NCBI RefSeq assembly: GCF_009914755.1
Contig: NC_060930.1
Reading direction: 5' to 3' (one strand)
DNA from: the human T2T-CHM13v2.0 reference genome, Homo sapiens
DNA length: 64,000 bases
Shown here: positions 36,649-64,000 of the stretch, one piece after another
How the letters are laid out: each line of letters starts with the position of its first letter
How positions within the stretch are numbered: the stretch's first letter is position 1
The notes under the pieces: generated by a model
Told to the model about the DNA's origin: nothing
The model's database searches: none
The model's input: only the letters and a program-made list of their open reading frames with translations
Made by a program: the position numbers and the translations under genes

Positions 36649-36919
36649 TAGTTTGTTTTAAAGTACCTTTTATGACTTAGTTCTTCATTCAAAGAATATT
36701 TTTCTCTCACTGGAGCACTTTCATTTAAATCATAGAAATTGCTCCTCTATTATTTGCAGGAATTTAAGACCAACAAGGGCACGTTATAGTTGTCAAAATA
36801 CTTAAGATTTCCCAAAACAGCCTTTCCGGGAAAAGAAACATAAACATGAGCAGACATAAACGTGCAGAGCAGCACAGTAAAGTTATGTTGTTTCCTATTT
36901 ACAGGAACGTATCTGTTCA

Positions 36920-37309
<390 letters not shown>

Positions 37310-38413
37310 TCATGTAGGTAACAATCCCTTCAAAGGCACATATAAAATAATTTAGGCTAGCTAACTCCATGGCCAGGATCTTGAAAAAGAGAACATGACA
37401 GCAGATTCCATCTCTATTTAGGGGTTTCTTCCTTTTTGTCAGATTAAGCCCGAGCTAATAATCATAAGTACCAGCAAATGGTTCCCCATTTGCCTGAAAA
37501 AGAATAGTTTTGTAAGTCATTGTCACCTTATTCATAGACACTGATTCCAAATATTAAGGTGTTAATATAGAGAAAGGCAGTCTCTCTCTCTGCACGGTTC
37601 CTAATCAAAACATGAATTTGCTTTTCTTCATTTTGCCTTTATCTGTATAAGCAAATATAATTTGGAAAAATCTTTTGGGTTGTTTTGTTTTGTACTACGT
37701 TAAACAAAACATGGACTAAAATATATTTCTTCTCATTTAGGATTTTATTAAATCAGTATTTTGCAATTTATCACCAGCATATTCAATTGCTGTACACTCT
37801 TTTCTAGCTAGCCTATTTAAGGTGACATATATCTATCTCTTTTAGGAAATATGTGATCTCTAGGTTTACTGATTCTTTCTGATTAAGTAAGCATAAAGAG
37901 AATATATTTGCACAAAAGGCCATCATGTTCCTTATGACAGTAAGATCATAAAATAAAAACATGGAAGGATTAAATGACCTGTCTAGGATCAACTAGAGAA
38001 TCAACGATGGAGTCAATCCAATAGTTGCATTTGGCTTGATGTTGTTGGTTTTTCAGGGTCGTCTCCAACTTCTAAACAAGCCATTCTTATGAACTGGTGC
38101 CAGCTCTTACTATCCCTAATGAGGCTAAAGAAATCATCCTCTTTGCTCCAAAACCACACAGACTAAGCTCCACAACTCAAGCCACCTACCCCAACCTCCA
38201 CCTTAAGATTCCTAATGCAGCTCTTCACTCAAACACTAAGATATTGCTGACTACCTGGAAAGTGAAGTGGGACTACTCCATATCCTGACTAAACCCTAAT
38301 GCTACATCTGGGTCATTCAGACCAGTGAAAAATAACAGAAACAGTGAAGGGAAAGAGTGAGACCTTAGAACTTGAATGGTTAAGGGAGAAAGAATCTAGG
38401 TGGTGCTCCTCTC

Positions 38414-39212
<799 letters not shown>

Positions 39213-42142
39213 TAATTCAGAAACATAATGGTATGATAGCATCATCTTTTCTTTTAACCAAATTATTTTCATGTTAACACCTAACCAAGGACAAGCATTT
39301 GAGGGTCTAAAAGGTAGAAAAGTAATGCAGACAATTCTGAAAAAGGACATATGACTTGAGAAGGGAATGGAAGAGGGAGCTGCCTCTGGTTGCATGGTAA
39401 TGATGGTAGCGAGTGTTATTCAGGAAGTGGAAACACAAAGAGTGACAAAAAAATCACCTTCATTGGCCCAACAATCTAAAAATTAAGAATTAATTACACC
39501 TCTCTCTTCCACTATTAAGGCCATCAGCCACCCCCATCACCACCGCCCTGGGGTGGGAGGGTGACCTGAAGCTGCACCAGCACTATCAGCACAATAGAGC
39601 ATTCAGTCACTGATGACTTTCGACCCAAGCCTGCGTGCACAGTCTCTTTGCGAGTGGCTATTTTGGCAACTTCATTCCAAGCCTAACCAATCAACTTCTG
39701 AATAAACACCGGCAACACCAATTGTCTTTCAACGGATGATGGCTATAGGATAGGGTGTACTTATATTGAGGGAAGAATAAGCAAGGAACACGACCATTTC
39801 CCAGCTCCTTTCTGTTTGAGGGGTGGAGTGTTGAGGATTACGGACGTGACATAGATTTTTAAAAGGTCAGATTAGTGGTTCTGTGAGGATCTGTCCCATT
39901 TAAGCCCTACCTAACCTTTAAGTAAAACAACTTTACATACTGCGCTCCCTAAGAAAAAACTTTGGAAAGGCTTCTTTTGAACTACATTAATTACAAAATC
40001 AACAGCTGCCCAGGGTGAGACGCTGATCATTGCAACTGTTCCTTCTATCCCCTGAACATACAATTGTCTAATGTAGAGACATAGACATCAAGGTAAAGCT
40101 TTTAAAAAATCATTATTCCATGTCCCTGCTCCCTGATAGCACATAAGCAACTACTTTTATCAATGTGGCATAGCAACTACTGATTACTAATCAAAAAGCA
40201 GTCTATGTTCCTTAAACACAGGCTTCCCATGGTTCTCCAGTTCACGCACAATAATATTTCTCTACAAGTTACATATATTCTTCTCTGTTGACCTATGGAA
40301 AACTAATCTACAAAATAGGAATATATTAACACAGTTTCTTATGTGCATGAATATATATAGATATGATACATATGCAACAAAAAACCCAAGTAAATATAAC
40401 TATCATCCTCAATTTAACAGAATTGTTAAAAACTTGGAATTTTCTACAATCAAGCTATAACATTTATTGACCTTCCTATGGGTTAAAGAAAAAGATGCTT
40501 ATTTAGAGGCTTAATTATAGACCTACACAAAAATAAATACCCTTATAATTTATCTCTCATTCTAGTTTTCAACTTTTTAATCTAAGTTCATAATTACCGT
40601 TTCTCTAAGTGCACAATTGTTGTAAATATAGCCTTTACTCTCAACAGCTTTTGCCAGCTAATAAGAGATTCAGATAGGATTAAAGAAGATTAGCAAAGAG
40701 GGCAAATGAAGGGTAAAACAAGCGTCTGCCAAAAACTGAAGAGATAAGGCTTGGATGTCTTCAACGTGGCTTTCTAGAACATATTATGTCACTCCGAGGC
40801 TGGCTTAACGCTTCTAATACACAACAAAAGAGTAATTAACGTTTTAAAAGTCACCAAACTCTTTAAAAAGCAACGCAGGAAAAAAAGATCCCAAACTAAC
40901 CAAGTCGAAGTTTTACAGAAATTAAATGAGCTATTACAATGGGAAAACAAAGACTGTATCTTAAAATATAAAAGCACAGTTCTCTGTGCTCATATTCACA
41001 AATTATTTCAAAGCTTATACACAAAAAAAGTCCACCCCGACGAAGAGATTAAACGTCCTGCCCGGTGCCTGCAGAGGAAGCAGGCGGTGGCGCGGTTGGG
41101 GGAACTTTCTCCCTCCCGGTCAAGCCTCGGGAATTGAAGGGCCGGGGAGGCGGGGCCCGATCGAAAAGCTGGAAAGTCACTTTTGTTTTCACCATTATTT
41201 CACTTAATGGGTTGTGTTTCTGAATAAATAAAGTCAGATAACTTTGGCTTCCCTCTTTGAGAATTCCGTTATCATTAGAACAAATGTCTGTTTCTTTTAA
41301 ACGATTATCTAACCACATTTGCATACAGCTCTTTCCTTGTAGGATTGAGATTACTAACCACTAAAAACCAGTTTTATTGCTCTCGACACCGCACTCTCGA
41401 CCTGTCCCTAAATTAAAACGGATTACTTGCAGAAAAGGGACAGTTTTCGTCACACACTTTCTGATCCGACTCTGCAAACCAGGGCTCTTAAAAGGCTCCA
41501 GGGACCGCGTGGTGGAAGGAGGGGGCGTCCCCGGGCGCCGGGAGTCCGGCGCCGTTGGGGGGGACGCGGGTGTGCGGAATTCCACTTTCACCTGAGCGTC
41601 CTTTGGGATGCACCAGCGAGGGCTGGAGTCGGACCTAATTCCTGTTTTTCTCCCTCCTTTTAGATTTTGCAACAGTTCTGAACTCAGTTCCGCTGCCTCC
41701 CTGAGACCCAATCCTGCCTCTCTGTCCTAAAAACAGTTTCCACCGCCAGCCCAAGCAGCAGGGGAGCAGAGGTGGGAGATCCCGGAGGAGAGTTTAGGGG
41801 CGGGGGTCTCAGGCTAAGGGACGCCCGGCCGTCATCCTCCCACGCCAGGCCGGCCCCCGCGGTCCAGGAGGCGGGAAAGTGGTCAAGAGGTCTGGGAGAC
41901 ACCGACCGCCTTCCCTCGGGCTGACCACTCCCGCCCGCTCCGCCCCTCCGGGGACCCTCCTCCCTCCAGTCCTTCCCCTACCGGCGTCAGGGACCGGTCT
42001 CCCGGCGGAGATTGGCCCTGGTAGCACAGGGCGCCGAGGGGACATGCCCGGCCAGCCTCGCAGGTCGGGCTCCGGCTGGGTCGGACAGAGGGTGGTGGCC
42101 CTGCAGCCCGCTGGGGATTACCTGTCCGCGCCTGCTGCTTAC

Positions 42143-42195
42143 CTCGTTCGCTCCCTTGTGAAGCTCCGGCGTCTTGTGTGTTTCATCTCCTAGGA
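42143..42195 (-). other. MAK: Probable non-coding exon 1 (TSS approximate)
   Basis: Consensus donor GAG|gtaagc at 42143/42142 inside the CpG island, just downstream of promoter motifs. Confidence 0.7.
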
Positions 42196-42198
42196 AAC
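42185..42198. promoter_or_regulatory. RFX X-box candidate
   Basis: ATCTCC-TA-GGAAAC fits the X-box pattern RYYNYY-N(1-3)-RRNRAC. Confidence 0.65.
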
Positions 42199-42248
42199 GG
42201 CGGGGGCAGCAGGCGGGCCTACGGCCGGCCCAGAGAGGGCGTGGCCTC

Positions 42249-42273
42249 GCGGGAAATCCCCGCCAATTCCCGC
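42249..42273. promoter_or_regulatory. E2F sites overlapping an NF-kB-type site
   Basis: GCGGGAAA (TTTCCCGC) at 42249-42256, TTCCCGC at 42267-42273, GGGAAATCCC at 42251-42260. Confidence 0.45.
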
Positions 42274-42958
42274 AGGCCCCGCCTTCCCCGGGGCGGGGCT
42301 TCATGGAGCCGGGGGACTGTCGGCTGAGCTGCAGCAAGTGTGCCATTTAGACTTGGGGTTTAGGGGAGTTGATTACCTTTTCAGTCAGGTCTTTGTCAGA
42401 AGTTGGTTTGTTTGCCCTTTATTTTGTTTTGGTTTTGTTCCGATTCATTCTACAAAGTCTTGATTAATTAAAATATGGTTCCCAGACCGGGCAGAGCAAG
42501 AGAAGGAAGTCTGTTTGCCTCATACTTGCACTTGTTTACTTGTGCCTGGGGAAAAACTGTTCTTGTATGCAGTTCCTTAAATTGGTCAATTCCTTGGGTA
42601 TGTATTACCTCTTGAGCTGCCCTTCTAAGTTTGTTTCCATTTATTCATTCAGAGAACCTGCCTAGTATCAGCCACAGAGTTAGATAGTGGTAATTCCAAG
42701 AAAAATGACTGAATGTGTGAATAAATGGGTAAATTGTAACTAGTCTAGAATTTAGAGAGGAAGGCACACTTGTGTTACTGCAAATAGTTCAGATTGGCTG
42801 GCAAAAAGGGTCTACGAAACAGAAACATAAGTGATGAAGCAGTGGTGCGGCAAGTTAGTAATTATTAGGTGTCAGGATGTGGGCTTGGGACCAAGAATAG
42901 CGCCAAGGTAGACACGACAGACATGCCTGTGGCCCTCACAGCTTAAAGTGAAGTAGGC

Positions 42959-44077
<1,119 letters not shown>

Positions 44078-44099
44078 AAGTGAAGTAGGCAGGCAAAGT

Positions 44100-49335
<5,236 letters not shown>

Positions 49336-49700
49336 TTCTTCCACCTGCTCTCTGGAGAATGAATTGTAGAGAGGCAAGTGGGAGGCAGGCAGTGAGACAA
49401 GTTAGGGGGCATATTCAGTTTGCACAGTTAAGCTGTGATGGTGTATTGGAGAAGTGGACAGCAGTGGAGACAGAGGGAAGCATTGTGGCATCCAGCCACA
49501 AATCAATCCTTAGATAGAGTCCATCGGCAGTTTGAATTCTTAGAAACTTTAGAAGTGCAAGTGTTTGCTTGGAACCTCCTGTGACAGAACTCACTACCTC
49601 CTCCAATCCCAGCTTGAGATGGGTCTGATTGCTGAAACTGCCCTCCTTCTATTGAATGGTAATATGTCACTTTGCAGTTCCCGAGTTTTACCCATTGTGA

Positions 49701-56900
<7,200 letters not shown>

Positions 56901-57069
56901 CAAGAAGTTATTTTTGAGTACTGATACCCCAATATTTCCAAAGATTGCGTTTTATGACCCCAAATATTTCTATTTGTGTGTTTATGACTTGACATGTAGA
57001 TATGTAATAGCAAAACAGATATTATGATCTTTGCCATAACTTCAAGATTTTCAGTAGCTTCATATTAAT

Positions 57070-58124
57070 TGTTGTGGGAAGTCAGGGAACCCAAACGGAG
57101 GGACCAGCTGGAGCCACGGCAGAGGAACATTAATTGTGAAGATTTCATGGACATTTCCCAAATAACACATTTTTAATTTCTTATGCCTGTCTTTAATCTC
57201 TTAATCCTGTTATCTTCATAAGCTGAGGATGTACGTCACCTCAGAACCACTGTGATAATTGTGTTAACTGTACAAATTGATTGTAAAACATGTGTGTTTG
57301 AACAGTATGAAATCAGTGCACCTTGAAAAAGAACAGAATAACAGCGATTTTTAGGGAACAAGGGAAGACAACCATAAGGTCTGACTGCCTGCGGGGTCGG
57401 GCAAAAACAGCCATATTTTTCTTTTTGCAGAGAGCCTATAAACGGACGTGCAAGTAGGGAAGATATCACTAAATTCTTTTCCTAGCAAGGAATATTAATA
57501 TTAATACCCTGGGGAAGGAATGTATTCCTGGGGGGAGGTCTGTAAACGGCCACTCTGGGAGTGTCTGTCTTATGCAGTTGAGATAAAGACTGAGATACGC
57601 CCTGGTCTCCTGCAGTACCCTCAGGCTTACTAGGGTGGGGAAAAAACGCCCTGGTAAATTTGTGGTCAGACCAGTTCTCTGCTCTTGAACCCTGTTTTCT
57701 GTTGTTTAAGATGTTTAGCGAGACAATATGTGCACGGCTGAACATAGACCCTTATCAGTAGTTCTGCTTTTGCCCTTTGTCTGGTGATCTTTGTTGGACT
57801 CTTATCAGTAGTTCTGCTTTTGCCTTTTGTCCTGTTCCCTCAGAAGCATGTGATCTTTGTTCTGCTTTTTGTCCTTTGAAGCATGTGATCTTTGTACCTA
57901 CTCTCTGTTCTTACACCCCTCGCCTTTTGAAACCCTTAATAAAAAACTTGCTGGTTTGAGGCTCAGGTGGGCATCATGGTCCTACCGATATGTGATGTCA
58001 CCCCTGGTGGCCCAGCTGTAAAATTCCTCTCTTTGTACTCTTTCTCTTTATTTCTCAGCCAGCCGACACTTATGGAAAATAGAAAGAACCTATGTTGATA
58101 TATTGGGGGTGGGTTCCCTCAATA
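57070..58124 (+). mobile_element. Full-length solo MER11 LTR (ERVK, HML-8)
   Basis: 1055 bp starting TGTTGTGGGAAGTCAGGGA and ending GGGTTCCCTCAATA; perfect 6-bp TSD ATTAAT (57064-57069, 58125-58130); AATAAA at 57938. Confidence 0.9.
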
Positions 58125-58989
58125 ATTAATCTTGATATTTTCCCCCGTGCCTTCATCTTTTGTTTTTCATTAATTGTTTCATCCTCAGATAATCAATTTT
58201 TCAGTAGTTCAGTCTTACTGGTGATTTCTTCCAATTCTCCTTCCAAGGTGGAGTGTTTGTGTGTATATTTTAAGACTACCAGCATGTTTCTTGTCAAAGA
58301 TTGGCAGAATATCCTTTGGTAAACGATTATTATCAGGACAGGGCTGACCTAGCAGCTGCATGCTTCTTTAAGACTGTGCATTTCACATTTGAGCTTTTCA
58401 ATTTCTGGGAAGATAAGCATTCTCAAAGAAGATATAATTACATGGCCTTCTTAGAATTTCCGATTGATAGTATTTCATAAGCCTATAATAAATTAAGAAT
58501 TTCAGAACTTTGTTATATTTAAAATCAGCAATAAAATAGTTAAGATGTACAACAGGAAAAATGTAAAAGACTTGCATATGCCATGCTTTTCTGAAAAACA
58601 AAAAAAGTGTTCTGCTAAAAGTATCTTTCAAAAAGGATCTTTAGTGTTCTAATCAGAGAATCTAAGTGGGCCAATGTTTGCTGTTGTGTTATATTCATGA
58701 GCAATTGCTAGGTGATGAAGCTTTGTATTTGAATAGCATTTGACAATCTACAAATGCCAAGTATTATTATGTGTTAATGAGTCTCGACTTTGCATTTCCA
58801 AGTCTGCGCCTCTGTCCTGAACTCTAAACTTACATATCCAACTGCCTACTCAACACTTCACGTAGAAATCTTATGGTTTGAACTTATCCTGTTCAAAACT
58901 GAGCTCTCAATATTTTTTCTTCTTCCTTCATTTCCCCAAGCTGCTCCTTCCACAGCCTTCCCCATCTCAGTTTATGGCAACTTCTGAGT

Positions 58990-59255
58990 TGCGGTAAGAG
59001 CTGCCAGGTGCTGCAGCTGCCCAAACCACAGCTGCAGACCCAGGCCTCCTGCTCTAAGGAGCAGGAAGGAGCCCCACCCTCCTGGGCCGGGCTACAGCCT
59101 CCCAAACTGCAGCTGTGGATCAGAGTCACCCTATGCTCTTGGGGGAGAGCGGGAAGCAGGCAGTATCTGCCTTCCCAGTGCAGCTAAAGCTGCCCTCCTA
59201 GGCGCAGGACCCAGGAGTATCTGCAGCCTGCACCCTCAGGGGCCCCAGGAAAGAT
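58990..59255 (-). mobile_element. MER52-family ERV1 LTR fragment
   Basis: GCTGCAGCTGCCCAAACC..GCTGCAGACCCAGGCCTCCTGCTC matches recalled MER52. Confidence 0.7.
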
Positions 59256-59259
59256 TTTC

Positions 59260-59460
59260 CCCTCCCCCCAGCCCTACCCTCAACCTCCCTCCCACTCCGC
59301 ACCCCCACTCTCAACCTCCCTCCCACCCCCATCCCCACCCTCAACCTCCCTCCCATTCCCTCACACTTAACCTCCCTCCCACACCCCCACCCTCAATCTC
59401 CCTCCCACACGCCCACCCCTGCTACCCAGGAAAGACTCCCCCACCCATTCCCCCACCCCA
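59260..59460. repeat. C-rich minisatellite-like array
   Basis: Five copies of AA(C/T)CTCCCTCCCA spaced 26-31 bp apart. Confidence 0.85.
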
Positions 59461-59550
59461 CTGTAGAGCAGTGGGACACCATGGAAGTATCTCCAAATCC
59501 GGAATCATAAGTCTTGCACTTGATTATTGTCTTTGAAATTGACAATGTGT

Positions 59551-60136
<586 letters not shown>

Positions 60137-60934
60137 CTAATACAATTTTATTGTTCAGGCCTTGGAAGTGGTAGGCTGGCTTCTTGCATTGGTGACAACA
60201 CACCCCAAATTTTGTGTTTCCCTCTGGCAGGCTCACTTTGAGAGAGAGATTTTTCAACTGGCTGCAAACAAGATAGGGTAGATCTTGGAAACCATAATAT
60301 AGAGGAATTGAAGGCACTTGGCCATGAGAAGAAAGAAGTCATTGCAGGCAAGAGCACTGTGTTCCAATGCTTAGGGATACAGAATGAAGAACAGAATTAT
60401 TTTGTGTGGTCCAGAAGACAAATCTAGGACAAATAGTTGGCTTTTCACATAGGGATGGTTTCATCTTAGCATAAAGAAAAACACTGTCTTCAATTTCTCA
60501 TCATTTGAGCTAGTTAGCAATAGAATGAGGCACCTGCATCATTGGGCTTATGAATTAATTCTGCAAATATGTATTGAATGCCTACTATATGCCAAGCCCT
60601 GTTCTGGACATGAGCAGGTGATCAATGAGATAGTCATGGATTTGCCGTAATAGAATTTACATTCTAGTGGGGCAGATAACCAACAAGCAAAAAAAAATTA
60701 ATTTCCATGAAGAAAATGAAATTGTCATGAAGAAAACAAAGCAGGGCACATGATAGAGAGAACGGGGTGGGAAGGGAGCTGAGCAAGAGATGGCGCAGTC
60801 AGGGAAAGCTCTGTGAAGATAGCATTTGAGCCCAGACATAAGTATTTAACCAAAAGAATCAGCTCTGCAAATATCTCAGGGAAAGGCAATCCAGGCAGGA
60901 GGTACATGAGTAGGGGGCTCTCAGCCGATGACCC

Positions 60935-61397
60935 TGTGATGGCTAAAATTATATGTCCACTTGGCTAGGCTATGGCACCCACTTGTTTGGTCAAACACTA
61001 ATCTATATGCTGCTGTGATGGGGTTTTATAGATATGATTAACATTTACAATCAGTTGACTTAAGTATGTTACCCTCCATAATGCAGGTGGGCCACATCCA
61101 ATCAGTGGAAGGTCTTAAGAGCAAAAACTGAGGTTCCTCAGAGAAGAAGGAAATGTTTTAAGACTTCAGCATCAATTCCTGCCTGAGTTTCTAGCCTGCT
61201 GGCCTGCTCTACAAATTTCAAGCTTGCTAGCCCTCACAATCACATGAATAAATTCCTTAAAATAAATCTCATATGTGTGTATGTATGTGTATGTACGTAT
61301 GTGTATATTGCTAACTAGCTCAAATGATGAGAAATTGAAGACAATGTTTTTCCTTATGCTAAGCTGAAATCATCCCTATATGCAAAGCCAACTATTT

Positions 61398-61439
<42 letters not shown>

Positions 61440-61490
61440 ACACACATATATATCCTATTGGTTCTATTTCTCTGAAGAATCCTGACTATT
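60935..61490 (+). mobile_element. MLT2 (ERVL) LTR with internal (TG)n/(CA)n microsatellite
   Basis: TGTGATGGCTAAAATTATATGTCCACTTGGCTAGGC...CCTATTGGTTCTATTTCTCTG. Confidence 0.8.
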
Positions 61491-61737
61491 TTGGACCCCT
61501 CCCTGAGGGGCTTTCACACTCCCTGGCATGTAATGTCTATGATTCCACAGCTAATTAAGTGGGTGTGGAGAATAGATTTTAACGGGTTAGGATGCTGGAA
61601 TTATTTAGATAAAAATGCTGAGAATGAGGTATTCAGAAGGCATTTCTACTTCACAAATATTTCTGCTGATTACTGATTCCTAGAGTGTAGTGGGGTTTAC
61701 TACCACCGTGAATGTCCAATCCAAAATGGAAAATTCA

Positions 61738-64000
<2,263 letters not shown>

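Larger units (their letters stand above)
41030..42330. promoter_or_regulatory. CpG island / MAK promoter with GC boxes
   Basis: Abrupt GC- and CpG-rich non-repeat block; GC boxes GGGGCGGGGC (~42290-42299), GGCCCCGCC (~42275-42283) and GGGGCGGGG (~41797-41805). Confidence 0.9.

Noticed and set aside
41277-41292. Possible androgen response element AGAACAaaTGTCT
   Set aside because: Wrong spacer length and a poor second half-site.
41361-42346. Overlapping Pro/Gly/Arg-rich ORFs in the CpG island
   Set aside because: Expected from stop-codon depletion in GC-rich DNA; no recognisable domains.
57995-58012. CTCF-like GGCCACCAGGGGTGAC in MER11 (and similar at ~973-987)
   Set aside because: Lacks the conserved GGC at the core's 3' end; too weak to call.
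59282-59410. CRISPR-like or telomere-like array; full PRDM9 13-mer
   Set aside because: Spacers are low-complexity and similar to each other, there are no TTAGGG units, and CCNCCNTNNCCNC is not matched at the CCTCCCT cores.

Overview
Primate (very likely human) genomic DNA containing the 5' half of MAK (male germ cell-associated kinase, a ciliary RCK-family kinase and the RP62 retinitis pigmentosa gene) on the minus strand. It has a CpG-island promoter and non-coding exon 1 near 42.1-42.2 kb, then seven coding exons (34294 down to 5568). These splice in frame with GT-AG boundaries to give 831 nt, residues 1-277 (most of the kinase domain); the gene continues beyond position 1. The ~22 kb upstream of the promoter has no recognisable coding gene. 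About a third of the window is Alu (roughly 65-70 copies or fragments), plus L1, L2, MIR, MaLR/ERVL/ERVK/ERV1 LTRs and MER20/MER6/MER33/Tigger1 DNA transposons. Nearly all entries in the supplied ORF track are repeat artefacts. I found no convincing new gene or novel biological system. The most interesting signals are structural or regulatory: a 94-bp inverted templated insertion inside a microsatellite, an inverted Alu pair sharing private mutations (probable gene conversion), an ERVK LTR inserted into an Alu in sense orientation in MAK intron 1, three uORFs, an RFX X-box/E2F promoter, and a strong CTCF site. Repeat family names are from recalled consensus sequences and need RepeatMasker/Dfam confirmation.
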